A DNA stretch of 64,000 bases from a virus (taxonomy: Duplodnaviria; Caudoviricetes), in IMG/VR virus record IMGVR_UViG_2865859272_000007, positions 1 through 64,000 of that record; one strand, given 5' to 3'. This document shows, one piece after another, positions 44,141-53,716 of this stretch. The number at the start of each line of letters is the position of its first letter. Within the stretch, counting starts at the first letter, position 1. A program made the translations under genes and the position numbers. The notes under the pieces are model-generated. The model had not been told where the DNA came from and made no database searches. It was given only the letters and a program-made list of their open reading frames with translations.

Positions 44141-45397
44141 ATGTACAACGACGATCGGGTTGCCGAGTTTCCTGCGCTGAAGGACGCGCAGTCCAAGCTC
44201 GACGCCAAGCGGAAGTCGCTGGCCGACGTCCTCTCCGAGGCCGGCCCCGAATACGATATGTCGAAGGTCAAGTCTCTGGCCGGCGACACCCACGCCAAGG
44301 TCGCCGAGATCGGCAAGATGAACGCCGAGATCGACGAGTGCAAGAAGAAGGTCGACGAGCTGCTGGTCGTCGCGCGCGCCGCTGCGGCAGCGAAGAAGGA
44401 CGAGGTCGGCTCCGAGTCCGGAGACGGCGCCCGCGAGGAGGGCAGCCGCGAGCGCAAGGACGGTAGCCCGTTCAACCTGGGCGACACCTTCACGAAGTCG
44501 AAGGCGTTCAAGGAGTACCACCGTGGCACCAGCCCGGTCGCCAGCCTGGACGTCACCCTCAAGACGCTCTTCCAGACGACCGCCGGTTGGGACTCGGAAG
44601 ACCTGCGCACCGGCCGTGTCGAGCTGACGCCGACCCGACCCGCCCCGCATGTCGTCCAGTTCCTCCCCCAGACCACGACCTCGATGTCGAACGTCGTGTA
44701 CATGGAGGAGACGACCTTCACGAATGCCGCGGCGGAGATCGCTGAGGGTGGCACGTACCCCGAGGCGGCACTCGCCCTCACCGAGCGGCAGGAGCCGGTC
44801 CGCAAGGTCGCCGTCTTCCTCCCGGTCACGGACGAGCAGTTCGAGGACGAGCCGCGTGCCCGCGACTACGTCAACAACCGCCTGCCCTTCATGATCCGCC
44901 AGCGCCTGGACTCCCAGGTCCTGGTCGGCAACGGCACCGCCCCGAACCTCCGGGGCACCGAGAACGTCACCGGTATCCAGACGCAGGCCCTCGGCGCGGA
45001 CTCGATCCCGGACGCCATCTACAAGGCGGCCCGGAAGATCCGCGACGACGGCTTCGCGGAGCCGAGCGTGGTGTTCATCCGGCCGTCGAAGTGGGAGTCG
45101 GTGCGGCTCCTGAAGACCGCGGACGGCGTCTACATCTGGGGTCACCCGTCGATGCCGGGCCCGTTCACGATCTGGGGCATCCCGGTCGTGGAGACGACCG
45201 CGGTCACGGAGACCAAGGCAGTTCTCGGCGACTACGCCAACTTCTCCGAGCTGGCGATGCGCCGCGGCATGGACGTCCAGGTGTCCAACTCGCACAGCAC
45301 CTTCTTCGCTGAGGGCAAGCTCGCGATCCGTGCCGACATCCGGGCGGCCATGATCCATTACCGCCCGAAGGCTTTTGCCGAGGTGACCGGGCTCTAG
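44141..45397 (+). CDS. Major capsid protein (HK97 fold)
   Basis: N-terminal coiled-coil delta domain; IAEGGTYPE, VRKVAVF, GNGTAPNLRG, LLKTADGVYIW, GDYAN. Confidence 0.93.
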   Translation: MYNDDRVAEFPALKDAQSKLDAKRKSLADVLSEAGPEYDMSKVKSLAGDTHAKVAEIGKMNAEIDECKKKVDELLVVARAAAAAKKDEVGSESGDGAREEGSRERKDGSPFNLGDTFTKSKAFKEYHRGTSPVASLDVTLKTLFQTTAGWDSEDLRTGRVELTPTRPAPHVVQFLPQTTTSMSNVVYMEETTFTNAAAEIAEGGTYPEAALALTERQEPVRKVAVFLPVTDEQFEDEPRARDYVNNRLPFMIRQRLDSQVLVGNGTAPNLRGTENVTGIQTQALGADSIPDAIYKAARKIRDDGFAEPSVVFIRPSKWESVRLLKTADGVYIWGHPSMPGPFTIWGIPVVETTAVTETKAVLGDYANFSELAMRRGMDVQVSNSHSTFFAEGKLAIRADIRAAMIHYRPKAFAEVTGL

Positions 45398-45518
45398 ATC
45401 ATCTTCCAGCTGGGGGTTCGCCAAGCGAGGCGACGTAAGGGCGACAGGTCGTCCCTGTACCGCCCCCTCCCTCTCGGGCCAAGTACGCGGCTCGTGAAGC
45501 CTTTTGAGAGGACACTCC

Positions 45519-46094
45519 ATGTCTTTCAACCAGTTCGTTAACGGGCGTCAGCCCGGCTCGCGGTCGCGGGTGATGAGCTACAGCGTCGGGTCGCCCGCGC
45601 TGGGCACAACGACCGCGGTTCATGCTGCGGTCACCGATGACGGCACCGAGCAGACGATCACCACTGCCATCACCAATCCCGACGTTCCTCGCGTCGTTAC
45701 CGCCACTGCTGGAGGCACAGCTGGTGACATCGGTGCGATTCAGGTCACCGTCAACGGCACGGACATCCACGGCAACACGATCTCCGAGGTGCTGCCGGCG
45801 TTCACCGTCGACACCGCGGGGACGGTCACCGGCACCAAGGCGTTCAAGACCGTGACCAGCATCGTGATCCCGGCGCACGACGGCACCGGGGCGACGACCG
45901 CGGTCGGCGTCGGTGCCGCGCTCGGCCTTCCGGTGAAGCTGGACCGCGACACGGTCGTGGCGGCCTTCCTGGATGGGGTCCGCGAGTCGACCAGGCCGAC
46001 GGTGACGTTCTCGTCTTCGGCGGTCGAGTCGAACAAGGTGACGCTGTCCAGCGCCCTGGACGGCAACGCGGTGATCGTCGACTACTACACGTAA
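45519..46094 (+). CDS. Virion structural protein (possible head decoration)
   Basis: Thr/Val-rich; NPDVPRVVTAT...VTGTKAFKTVTSI. Confidence 0.6.
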   Translation: MSFNQFVNGRQPGSRSRVMSYSVGSPALGTTTAVHAAVTDDGTEQTITTAITNPDVPRVVTATAGGTAGDIGAIQVTVNGTDIHGNTISEVLPAFTVDTAGTVTGTKAFKTVTSIVIPAHDGTGATTAVGVGAALGLPVKLDRDTVVAAFLDGVRESTRPTVTFSSSAVESNKVTLSSALDGNAVIVDYYT

Positions 46095-46108
46095 GCAGGG
46101 GTGACGAG

Positions 46109-46387
46109 ATGAGTGACACCATGAAGATCGACGCCCGCTGGTACCTCACCGAGGACCAGTCCCGCGTCGTGCCTGAGGCGCACCCGGAGGCCCGCTGGCT
46201 GCACTGGATCCCCGGCGATGTGGTGTCGCTCGAAGAGGCGGAGCGCCTCGGCGCGGTCAAGGCCGAAGCCGAGGCGCCCGCCGCTCCGCCGCGACGTAAG
46301 CCCGGCCGGCCTCCGGCAACCAAGGCGCGAGTCCCGGCGGAGAACAAGGGTCGCAGCGGTTTCCGCAGCGCGAACGTCGAAGGGTGA
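46109..46387 (+). CDS. Small head-region protein
   Basis: YLTED.SRVVPE.HPEAR.L. Confidence 0.6.
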   Translation: MSDTMKIDARWYLTEDQSRVVPEAHPEARWLHWIPGDVVSLEEAERLGAVKAEAEAPAAPPRRKPGRPPATKARVPAENKGRSGFRSANVEG

Positions 46388-46394
46388 GTGACCG

Positions 46395-46781
46395 ATGGCC
46401 AACAACATCAGGCAGGCCGTCGGCCGCTCGCACACGGTGCTTGCGTCGGCCGCGCGCACAGCGACTCCCGACACGGAGGAGCTGGAGGTCCCGGCCGGCG
46501 CGAAGTTCGGCGTCTTCGTCCTGGACGCCACCGCGGCGGCGGATACGCCGTCGGTCACGATGAAGATCGAGGGCGTGGACCGCACATCGGGCAAGGTGTG
46601 GCTGCTCCTGGAGGACGCTGCCGTGACTGGTGTGGCGACGAGCACGCTGAAGATCGGCCCTGGGCTTACCGCGGCGGCCAACGAGGTCGCCAATGACTTC
46701 CTTCCCCCGGTAATCCGGATCACCTGCACGCACGCTGATGCGGACAGCATCACCTACTCGGTAGGAGCGCACTTCTCATGA
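46395..46781 (+). CDS. Beta-rich virion protein
   Basis: LASAARTAT...LDATAAADTPSVT..IEG.D..SG. Confidence 0.6.
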   Translation: MANNIRQAVGRSHTVLASAARTATPDTEELEVPAGAKFGVFVLDATAAADTPSVTMKIEGVDRTSGKVWLLLEDAAVTGVATSTLKIGPGLTAAANEVANDFLPPVIRITCTHADADSITYSVGAHFS

Positions 46782-47140
46782 GTGCGGCAGGTGCTGGCGT
46801 TGGCGCTTTCAACGCGATGGTGAAGACCGGCGTGCCGATCCTGCGCCCTGAGCAGCGGTGGGAGTGCCCGAACTGCGAGCTGAAGCAGGTGACGCACGAG
46901 GCGAAGCCGCATACGCGGTTTCATCCGTGCCGCGGCTTGAAGGGTCTTGCGGCTCCCATGGTCCCGGCCGGCACGAAGTGCAAGGTCGAGGCTGTGGAGC
47001 GCGAGGACTACGTCGGCAAGGAGCTCGTCACGGTTGATGGCGAGAGCCGGCCGATTATGCGGGTTGAGACGACCCGGGACGATGGAAATGACGTGGCGGT
47101 GTTCGCACCCTGTGCAACCGCTGGAGGAGGTGCGAACTAA
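46778..47140 (+). CDS. Cys-containing hypothetical protein
   Basis: WECPNC...H..FHPC. Confidence 0.6.
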   Translation: MSAAGAGVGAFNAMVKTGVPILRPEQRWECPNCELKQVTHEAKPHTRFHPCRGLKGLAAPMVPAGTKCKVEAVEREDYVGKELVTVDGESRPIMRVETTRDDGNDVAVFAPCATAGGGAN

Positions 47141-47638
47141 ATGGCCTGGACTGACAGTCGGATGTTCCTTGAGTTCATCCGCATCAACTCTCTGAAGGAT
47201 CCCGACGCAACGGCGCCGACGGGCTACGGAAACCTTCAGGCAGACAACCTGAAGGCGGCACTCTTCAACAATTCTGTAACCCCGGATAGGGATGCGGCGG
47301 TTGGAGATACGGGCTATAACACCGGTACCTGGCTGGTGGCGAACGAAGTCGATGATGGTACGAACTGGGACGCGGGCGGTGAGCCGGTGACCGGCGGAGC
47401 CATTACCGATCAGGGGTCTGGTGTGGTGCAGTTCGACGCTACCGATACGCCGCAAGGCGGCGCTTCGACCACGCTGTCGGATGTGCATGGCTGCCTGGTG
47501 TACGACGACGACATCACTGGCGGCACAGTAGCTGATCAGGGTATTTCGTACCATTATTTTGGCGGGGCACAATCCGTTACCTCAGGGACATTCACAGTTG
47601 TCTGGCATAGTAACGGATTGTTCCGGATCACCGTGTAA
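47141..47638 (+). CDS. Conserved virion-associated protein
   Basis: LKAALF...NEV...GG...FDA.D...G.LVYDD...FGGAQSVTSGTFTVVW. Confidence 0.7.
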   Translation: MAWTDSRMFLEFIRINSLKDPDATAPTGYGNLQADNLKAALFNNSVTPDRDAAVGDTGYNTGTWLVANEVDDGTNWDAGGEPVTGGAITDQGSGVVQFDATDTPQGGASTTLSDVHGCLVYDDDITGGTVADQGISYHYFGGAQSVTSGTFTVVWHSNGLFRITV

Positions 47639-47640
47639 TC

Positions 47641-47691
47641 GTCGACCCTGCCCGTCTCCGTGCCGCCGCCGAGTACCTGGAGGGCGGCTAG
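47641..47691 (+). pseudogene. C-terminal remnant of an Endo VII-type endonuclease
   Basis: Translates VDPARLRAAAEYLEGG*, with no upstream start. Confidence 0.5.
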
Positions 47692-47714
47692 GCCGGTAGC
47701 GCGGAGGGGTGGGC

Positions 47715-50495
47715 ATGGCGATCACGTTCTCGGATGCGGGTAGTGGGGCCAGCGCCACCGCTGGAAGCAGTTTCGGTATCAGCCCGTCGTTCGCGAGCGG
47801 GGACCTGCTGGTCGTCCACATCGTCCTGGGCGACTCCGGCCGTACGATATCGGCGCCCTCGGGGTGGACGGCCCAGTACAACACCGGCGGCCCCGAGGCC
47901 GGCCAGCAGCACGCCATCTTCACGAAGATCATGACCGGGGGTGAAAGTACCCCGCTCACGTTCTCGTGGACTGGCGGTAACTCGACGCATGCGCGTACCG
48001 CGATGAAGGTCGTGTCCAGCGTCAGCGATATCACGCTGCACAACTTCACCGTCAGCTCAACCGCGACGGACAACGCCAGCCCCTACACAACGTCTTCCAT
48101 CACTTTCGCTGGCGGCTACGCCATCTACGGTGCGGCGGGCGAAGGATCGGCTTCTTCCTCGTCCTGGTCTCAGTCGCACGGTGACACAGAGGTCGCCGAC
48201 GTCACTTCCGGTACCGGAACTGGCGAGGCGGCAGCCGTTTACCGTTCGGCGAGTACGCATTCTGGCTCGGTCAGTAAGACGATCTCGTCGTCGCCGAATG
48301 ACCGGTTCGCTGCTACGTGGTGGATCGCTGAGGTGCGCGAGTCTGCTGCGACGGAGGCTGCTGCGGGGCATTCGGCAGCCACGGGTACGGCGAACGCCCC
48401 CAGGCCGGCTGTCGGTACGGCCGCGGGTGCTTCGTCGGCGGTCGCCGTGGCGAACAGCGCGACGACGGCGTTGGCCGCGAGCCCGCCGGCCGGACACGCG
48501 CCTGCCAACGCGAGCGCGTTCCCTGCTGTGGGTGCGCTTGGCGCTTCGTGTGGCGCGGCCACGGTTTCGGTTGCTGTAAACGACGCGTCGGTGTCGGTGA
48601 GCGATTCCGGGCCTGCTGGCGTTGCGGCGGTGGCGGCGGTTGCCGCCGGTCCTGGTGTCGCGGTTGCGGCGTCGGCTGGTCATGCTGCTGTTGCCGGTTC
48701 TGCGCTTGGCGCTCTGGTGGACGCGGACGACACGATCGGCGAGGCGCCGGCCGTGCAGGCGGCCGTTGTCGCTGGCGACGGGGTTTTGTCGCTTGGGGCG
48801 TTGCCGGGTGTCGCTTCGGTGGGTGCCGCGGCCGGCGATGGCTCGGTAGCGGTCGGTTCAGGGGTTGGGGCTGCGGCGGCTGCCGCTGCGGTGGCCGATG
48901 GCGTGGCGGGGCTCGGGGCAGCGCCTGGGCCGGCTGCGGGCGCGGTGGCGGTCAATGATGCTGCGGTTGCCGTGGAGTCCAGTGCTTCCGCTGGGGCGGT
49001 TGCGGGTACTGCGGCAGCCAACGATGCTTCGGTGTCGTTGGGGGTCGCGGCGGGGGCGGCATCCGCGGTTGCTTCGGTCGTCGATGCTGCGGTTGATGCG
49101 GACGACACGTTGGGCGAGGCCGGCGCGGTGGCGGTGTCGGCGTCGGCTTCCGAGGCTGTCGTGGCGGTGGCGCCGCAGGCTGGTCATGCTGCCGTGTCCG
49201 GGTCGGTGTCCGATGCTGTGGTTGATGCGGATGACACGCTGGGCGAGGCCGGTATCGCTGCGGTGTCGGCGGTTGTGGGTGACGTCCGGGCGGCGGTAGC
49301 TGCTGGGGCTGATGCTGCCGCGGGTTCGGTTACGGCGAACGATGCGACCCCGTCGTTGGCCTCGTTGCCCTCGGCCGGCCATGTTTCCGCGGCGGTCGCT
49401 GTGAACGACGGCCTGGCGGCGGTTTCTGTCGCCGCTGGGGGCGCGGCGGCGCAGGGCGTTGCGAACGATGCGACGGTGTCGTCCGAGTCGGCTACGAGCG
49501 CCCCTGCGGGTCTTGGGGCGGGTTCGGTTACGGCGAACGATGCTGCGGTGGCGGTTGCTGCTTCAGCCGGTTTGGCTGCGGTGCCGGTTGCGGCGAACGA
49601 CGCGACAGCCGATCTTGCCGCGTCGCCACCTGCTGGGCACGCTTCGGTGGCGGTGTCGGCTGAGGGGTCTGTCTCTGGGGCTGGATCCTTGGCCGGCGGG
49701 GTGCCGGTTTCTGCTTCTGCTGGTGATGCGGCGGTGTCTGCTGCTGCGGGTGCAGGTCTGGCCGCGGGTGCGGGTGCCGCGGGCGATGCCGTGGCTGGTG
49801 TGGCGACGGTGTCCGGGGGAGTCGGGGTCGCTGCTGGTGCCGGGGATCCGTCGACTGCCTTGACGGCTTCTGCGGGGGTTGGGTCGGTTTCCGTTGTCGC
49901 GAATGATGCGACGGCGTCGACGGTTGCGGAGACTGATGCTCCCGCGGGTCTTGCCGCGGCAGGGGCGTCGGCCGAGGGCCCGTCGACTGCGCTCACGGTT
50001 CCGGCGGGTCATGCCGCGGCTGTGTCGGCGGCGTTCGATGCTTCGGTGTCGGTCGGTACGGAGGCGCCGGCTGGGGCTGCCGTGGTGTCGTCGCTTGTCG
50101 AGGGCGCTGTTGTGGGCCAGGGCGCCGGGGCGGGGGAGGTTTCGGCTGCGGTCGGGGCCGCTTCCGTGGCGGCGTCGATGGCGGTGGCTGTTGGTTCTGT
50201 TTCGGTGTTGGCCGGGGCGAATGATGCGACGGTGCTCATCGGTGCGGTTCCGCCGGCGGGGCATGTGGTGTCGGTGGCCGCGGCGTTTGACGCCTTGGTT
50301 GAGGTCGGTGCGCGTCCTGGTGCTGGGTTGGTGTCTGTCGGTGCCGCTGGGGTTGTTGGCGAGTCGAGTACGGCGCGTCGTGTCAATGCTGGCGCGGTCT
50401 TGGTCCAGGCCGTGACGGCGCATGTGTCGACGCCTCGCCGAGGTTTGAAGATCAGCAAGCTCAGTCGCTCCCCGTACTGGAACCGGGAGACGTAG
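47715..50495 (+). CDS. Large Ala/Val/Gly-rich repeat virion protein (fibre/spike-like)
   Basis: N-terminal GDLLVV...SAPSGWT domain; ~640 aa of AG.A.V...ANDA.V repeats. Confidence 0.75.
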   Translation: MAITFSDAGSGASATAGSSFGISPSFASGDLLVVHIVLGDSGRTISAPSGWTAQYNTGGPEAGQQHAIFTKIMTGGESTPLTFSWTGGNSTHARTAMKVVSSVSDITLHNFTVSSTATDNASPYTTSSITFAGGYAIYGAAGEGSASSSSWSQSHGDTEVADVTSGTGTGEAAAVYRSASTHSGSVSKTISSSPNDRFAATWWIAEVRESAATEAAAGHSAATGTANAPRPAVGTAAGASSAVAVANSATTALAASPPAGHAPANASAFPAVGALGASCGAATVSVAVNDASVSVSDSGPAGVAAVAAVAAGPGVAVAASAGHAAVAGSALGALVDADDTIGEAPAVQAAVVAGDGVLSLGALPGVASVGAAAGDGSVAVGSGVGAAAAAAAVADGVAGLGAAPGPAAGAVAVNDAAVAVESSASAGAVAGTAAANDASVSLGVAAGAASAVASVVDAAVDADDTLGEAGAVAVSASASEAVVAVAPQAGHAAVSGSVSDAVVDADDTLGEAGIAAVSAVVGDVRAAVAAGADAAAGSVTANDATPSLASLPSAGHVSAAVAVNDGLAAVSVAAGGAAAQGVANDATVSSESATSAPAGLGAGSVTANDAAVAVAASAGLAAVPVAANDATADLAASPPAGHASVAVSAEGSVSGAGSLAGGVPVSASAGDAAVSAAAGAGLAAGAGAAGDAVAGVATVSGGVGVAAGAGDPSTALTASAGVGSVSVVANDATASTVAETDAPAGLAAAGASAEGPSTALTVPAGHAAAVSAAFDASVSVGTEAPAGAAVVSSLVEGAVVGQGAGAGEVSAAVGAASVAASMAVAVGSVSVLAGANDATVLIGAVPPAGHVVSVAAAFDALVEVGARPGAGLVSVGAAGVVGESSTARRVNAGAVLVQAVTAHVSTPRRGLKISKLSRSPYWNRET

Positions 50496-50513
50496 CGAAG
50501 GAGGTGCGTTCGT

Positions 50514-51119
50514 TTGGCCCTCGGTGATCCCTACGCGACCCGTGCCCAGCTCAAGAGCTACCTCAAGATCACCAATAGTGATCATGACGAGCAGCTCGAC
50601 GACGCTCTCAGCAGCTCGACGCGCGAGATCGAGAAGCATTGCGGCAGGCAGTTCAACGACGCCGTAACGACGTCGGCGCGGGTCTTCCGCCCACTGAACA
50701 GCCGAACGGCGATCGTCGACGACTTCCACACGACCACCGGCCTCGTCATCAAGACCGACACCGATGACGACGGGGTCTATGAGACCACCTGGGCCTCTAC
50801 CGACTACGAGCTGGAGCCCTTGAACGGGATCCGGGACGGCGTACCCGGCTGGCCCTACTGGCGCATCAAGGCCGTGGAAAGCGAGCTCTTCCCCGACGGC
50901 CATCGCGCCACCCTCCAAGTGGAGGCCCGCTGGGGCTGGGCCGCGGTGCCGGCGCCTGTGAAGCAGTCCTGCCTCATCCTGGCCGCAGAAACGTTCAAGC
51001 TGGCCGGCGCCCCTCTCGGCGTGGCGGGTTTCGGGGAGTTCGGGGGCGTCCGGGTCCGGCACAACGCCATGGTGCAGCGGAAACTCCGACCGTTCTGCCG
51101 CGGCGCGAGGGTGGCGTAA
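50514..51119 (+). CDS. Head-tail adaptor
   Basis: YATRAQLKSYL...L.S.TREIEKHCGR.F...WGW.AVPAPVKQ.CL. Confidence 0.8.
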   Translation: MALGDPYATRAQLKSYLKITNSDHDEQLDDALSSSTREIEKHCGRQFNDAVTTSARVFRPLNSRTAIVDDFHTTTGLVIKTDTDDDGVYETTWASTDYELEPLNGIRDGVPGWPYWRIKAVESELFPDGHRATLQVEARWGWAAVPAPVKQSCLILAAETFKLAGAPLGVAGFGEFGGVRVRHNAMVQRKLRPFCRGARVA

Positions 51120-51541
51120 TGGCGTCGCTCTCGCAGATCCGTAGTGGGATCAAGACCACGATCGAGGCCAATGTCAGCGCTCTCACGGTCTATCACAAGA
51201 TGCCGGAGCAGGTGAACGGGGATTCGGTGCTCTGCGAACCCTCTGGGACTGATTTCGCCAAGTCTTTCGGTCGCGGCTTGGATGAGTACGAGTTCAATCT
51301 CTTTGTGTTCGTGCCCATGGTCGAGTGGGACAGCGCTCAGGACCGCGTGGACGGATACATCACCGGTGCTGGAGCCAGCAGCATTCGGCAGGTCGTGTTC
51401 CAGAATCGGACTTTGGGGCTCACGTCCACGGATGCCCATATCTCGAAGATGATGGGCTACGGCGCTCAGTACAAGGTCGCCAATCTGCAATTCATCGGCG
51501 CGGCCCTGAAGCTCATCGTAGTGACGGACGGCAGCGCGTAA
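51119..51541 (+). CDS. Tail terminator-like protein
   Basis: SQIRSGIK.TI...; position in the neck module. Confidence 0.6.
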   Translation: MASLSQIRSGIKTTIEANVSALTVYHKMPEQVNGDSVLCEPSGTDFAKSFGRGLDEYEFNLFVFVPMVEWDSAQDRVDGYITGAGASSIRQVVFQNRTLGLTSTDAHISKMMGYGAQYKVANLQFIGAALKLIVVTDGSA

Positions 51542-51556
51542 CCAAAGAACTCCCCC

Positions 51557-51583
51557 AGCCCTCGCTGACGCGGGGGCTTTTTT
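51557..51583 (+). terminator. Intrinsic terminator
   Basis: agccctcgc-tgac-gcgggggct followed by T6. Confidence 0.75.
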
Positions 51584-51616
51584 CATGCCCGAAAGCAGAC
51601 CAAGAAGGGGACGGTA

Positions 51617-51955
51617 ATGGCCGCTCTCACAACTAACAACATTGTGTATGCCGGGACCGCTCCTACTTTCGAGTCGGCTGCGCTCTCCGACACGGCGGAA
51701 GTCGGGAAGAACAAGTTCGCCGTATACAAGAACACCGACGCCTCCACGCGGACCGTCACCATCGATGTGCCCACGGGGAATACCCCGTACACCGAAAAGG
51801 ACCCGGACGTCGAGTACACGCTTGCCGCGAATACGGGAGAGCTGTGGATTCCGCTGCATTCGGATTATGACGACGGAACCGGTCGCTGCACCATCACCGT
51901 CAGCGCTATTGCTGGCGTGACGGTCGCCATCGTTCATGCCGGGTGGGTTGAGTAA
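51617..51955 (+). CDS. Small virion structural protein
   Basis: Beta-rich Thr/Ala composition. Confidence 0.6.
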   Translation: MAALTTNNIVYAGTAPTFESAALSDTAEVGKNKFAVYKNTDASTRTVTIDVPTGNTPYTEKDPDVEYTLAANTGELWIPLHSDYDDGTGRCTITVSAIAGVTVAIVHAGWVE

Positions 51956-52275
51956 TGGGGCGGCGTAAGCAGCCGCGTGTTGTCTCGCCTGAAGTCCAGG
52001 CCGCCCGCGAGGAACAGCGCCGCAAGAACCGCGAGGCCAACAAGGCCCCGAGTCGTACCCCTGAAGAACTGGCCGCCCTGGAAGAGCAACGGCGCAGGAA
52101 CCGCCTTGCCAATAAGTCTCCCGCCTATCTGGCTGAGCTTGCCGAGAAGGCCAAGGAAGAGGCGGAGGCCGAAGCGCCGAAGCCGGTCGATCCAGAACCC
52201 CCGAAGGCCGAATCCGCAAAGCCTGCATTCATATCGGCCAATGAAAGGGCCGCTTTTAGGAAGAAGGGGGCCTAA
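51955..52275 (+). CDS. Basic coiled-coil protein with internal duplication
   Basis: EEQRRKNREANKAP / EEQRRRNRLANKSP. Confidence 0.5.
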   Translation: MGRRKQPRVVSPEVQAAREEQRRKNREANKAPSRTPEELAALEEQRRRNRLANKSPAYLAELAEKAKEEAEAEAPKPVDPEPPKAESAKPAFISANERAAFRKKGA

Positions 52276-52278
52276 CCA

Positions 52279-52698
52279 ATGGCCGGAAAGCAGATTCTGA
52301 CGAACTGCAAGATTGTTGTGGACGGTGTGGACTTCACCAACCACGCCTCCTCGGTGGAGATCACTGCGTCGAAGGACGAAGTGGACACCACGTCCTTCGA
52401 CGGCGCTGGCCGGGAGCGTAAGGCCGGTCTCCAGGACAACTCGTTCACCATCAACTTCCAGCAGGACTTCGACGCCAACGAGGTCGACGCCACGCTGTTC
52501 CCGCTGTGGAACAACGCCACCGAGTTCACCGTCGCCGTCCGACCCGTCGACGCAGCGATATCCGCGACCAACCCCGAGTACAGCGGTACGTGCATCCTCC
52601 TGGAGTACACGCCGCTCGCCGGGTCTGTGGGCGACCTGTCGGAGACCGAGGTGACCTTCCCGGTTCAGCGAGGAACGTTCACCCGCGCTACGTCGTAA
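52279..52698 (+). CDS. Major tail (tube) protein
   Basis: VDGVDFTNHASSVEI...DTTSF...GL.D...F.QDF...NPEYSG...GSVGDL. Confidence 0.8.
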   Translation: MAGKQILTNCKIVVDGVDFTNHASSVEITASKDEVDTTSFDGAGRERKAGLQDNSFTINFQQDFDANEVDATLFPLWNNATEFTVAVRPVDAAISATNPEYSGTCILLEYTPLAGSVGDLSETEVTFPVQRGTFTRATS

Positions 52699-53216
52699 TG
52701 CCTGCGATCATCCGCCGCCGTGGCCGGGACATGACGTTCCTTGTCGTTCCCGGTCCGGAGGTCCAGCGCGTCAGTGCAGCGCTCGGTCAAGAGGACGTTG
52801 CGATTCCCCGCCAGTCCCGCCAGGTCGTACGGCGAGAAGCTCGCCGTTTGGCGCGGGTCGCTCAGAACAAGGTCCGGAGCCTGCCGATCGCCGGCTCTTC
52901 CGGAAGGCACACGGGCCTGCGCAGGCGTGTCGCCGCCGGAGTGCGTGTCGTCGACGTCCCCGAAGGCGCCCACGTGCAAACCACGATGGCTGAAAGAGAC
53001 GAGGCCATTATCCCGTGGGGTCTTGACAGTCCGAAGGGCTGGCGCCATCCGGTATTCGGGAATCGCGAAGTCTGGGTGCAGCAGCGACCTCATGTGCATG
53101 GCTGGTTCAGGGGCACGTTCGAAGACGGCGAGCATCTGATCGAGCAGTCCCTTGAGGACGTGCTTGAGCGTTCCGCTCGTCGAATCGCTGCCGAGGGCCG
53201 CATAAGGCCCCTGTGA
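52698..53216 (+). CDS. Neck/tail-completion protein (putative)
   Basis: WRHPVFGNREVWVQQ...WF motif. Confidence 0.6.
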   Translation: MPAIIRRRGRDMTFLVVPGPEVQRVSAALGQEDVAIPRQSRQVVRREARRLARVAQNKVRSLPIAGSSGRHTGLRRRVAAGVRVVDVPEGAHVQTTMAERDEAIIPWGLDSPKGWRHPVFGNREVWVQQRPHVHGWFRGTFEDGEHLIEQSLEDVLERSARRIAAEGRIRPL

Positions 53217-53311
53217 CTGGGGCGGCCGGAGGGTTTCGCGGGTTCCTCTCCGGCCGTCCCTCTTTTCAACCCGTGTGGACCCGTGACAACTCAATACAGG
53301 AGTACGAACCC

Positions 53312-53716
53312 ATGGCGCTTCTCAGCAAGGAAGAACTTCTCAAAAACGGGAAGACTCTTCCCACCAAGGTCATCGAGGTCCCCGAGTGGGGTGGCGAGGT
53401 GACGATCCGGTGCCTTACCGGAGCCGAGCGCGACAGGTACGAGGCTTCCCTCGCCCGCCTGGACCGGAAAACTGGTGCGATGGTCCCGAACCTCGTCAAT
53501 TCTCGGGCCCGGCTCGTGGCGATGAGCATCGTCGACGAGACCGGTAAGCGGATGTTCTCCGACGATGACATTCTGGAGCTGGGCGGTACCTCCTCGATCG
53601 CTTTGACGCGTGTATGGGTGGCCGCATGCCAGCTGTCCGGTATCAGCGAAGCTGAGGTTGAGGCCGCCGCGGAGGATTTCGACGAAATCCAGAGCGAGGA
53701 TTCCAGCGAAGGCTAG
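53312..53716 (+). CDS. Tail assembly chaperone (G)
   Basis: VPEWGGEVTIR.LTG.ERD.YE...D..G.RMF. Confidence 0.85.
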   Translation: MALLSKEELLKNGKTLPTKVIEVPEWGGEVTIRCLTGAERDRYEASLARLDRKTGAMVPNLVNSRARLVAMSIVDETGKRMFSDDDILELGGTSSIALTRVWVAACQLSGISEAEVEAAAEDFDEIQSEDSSEG

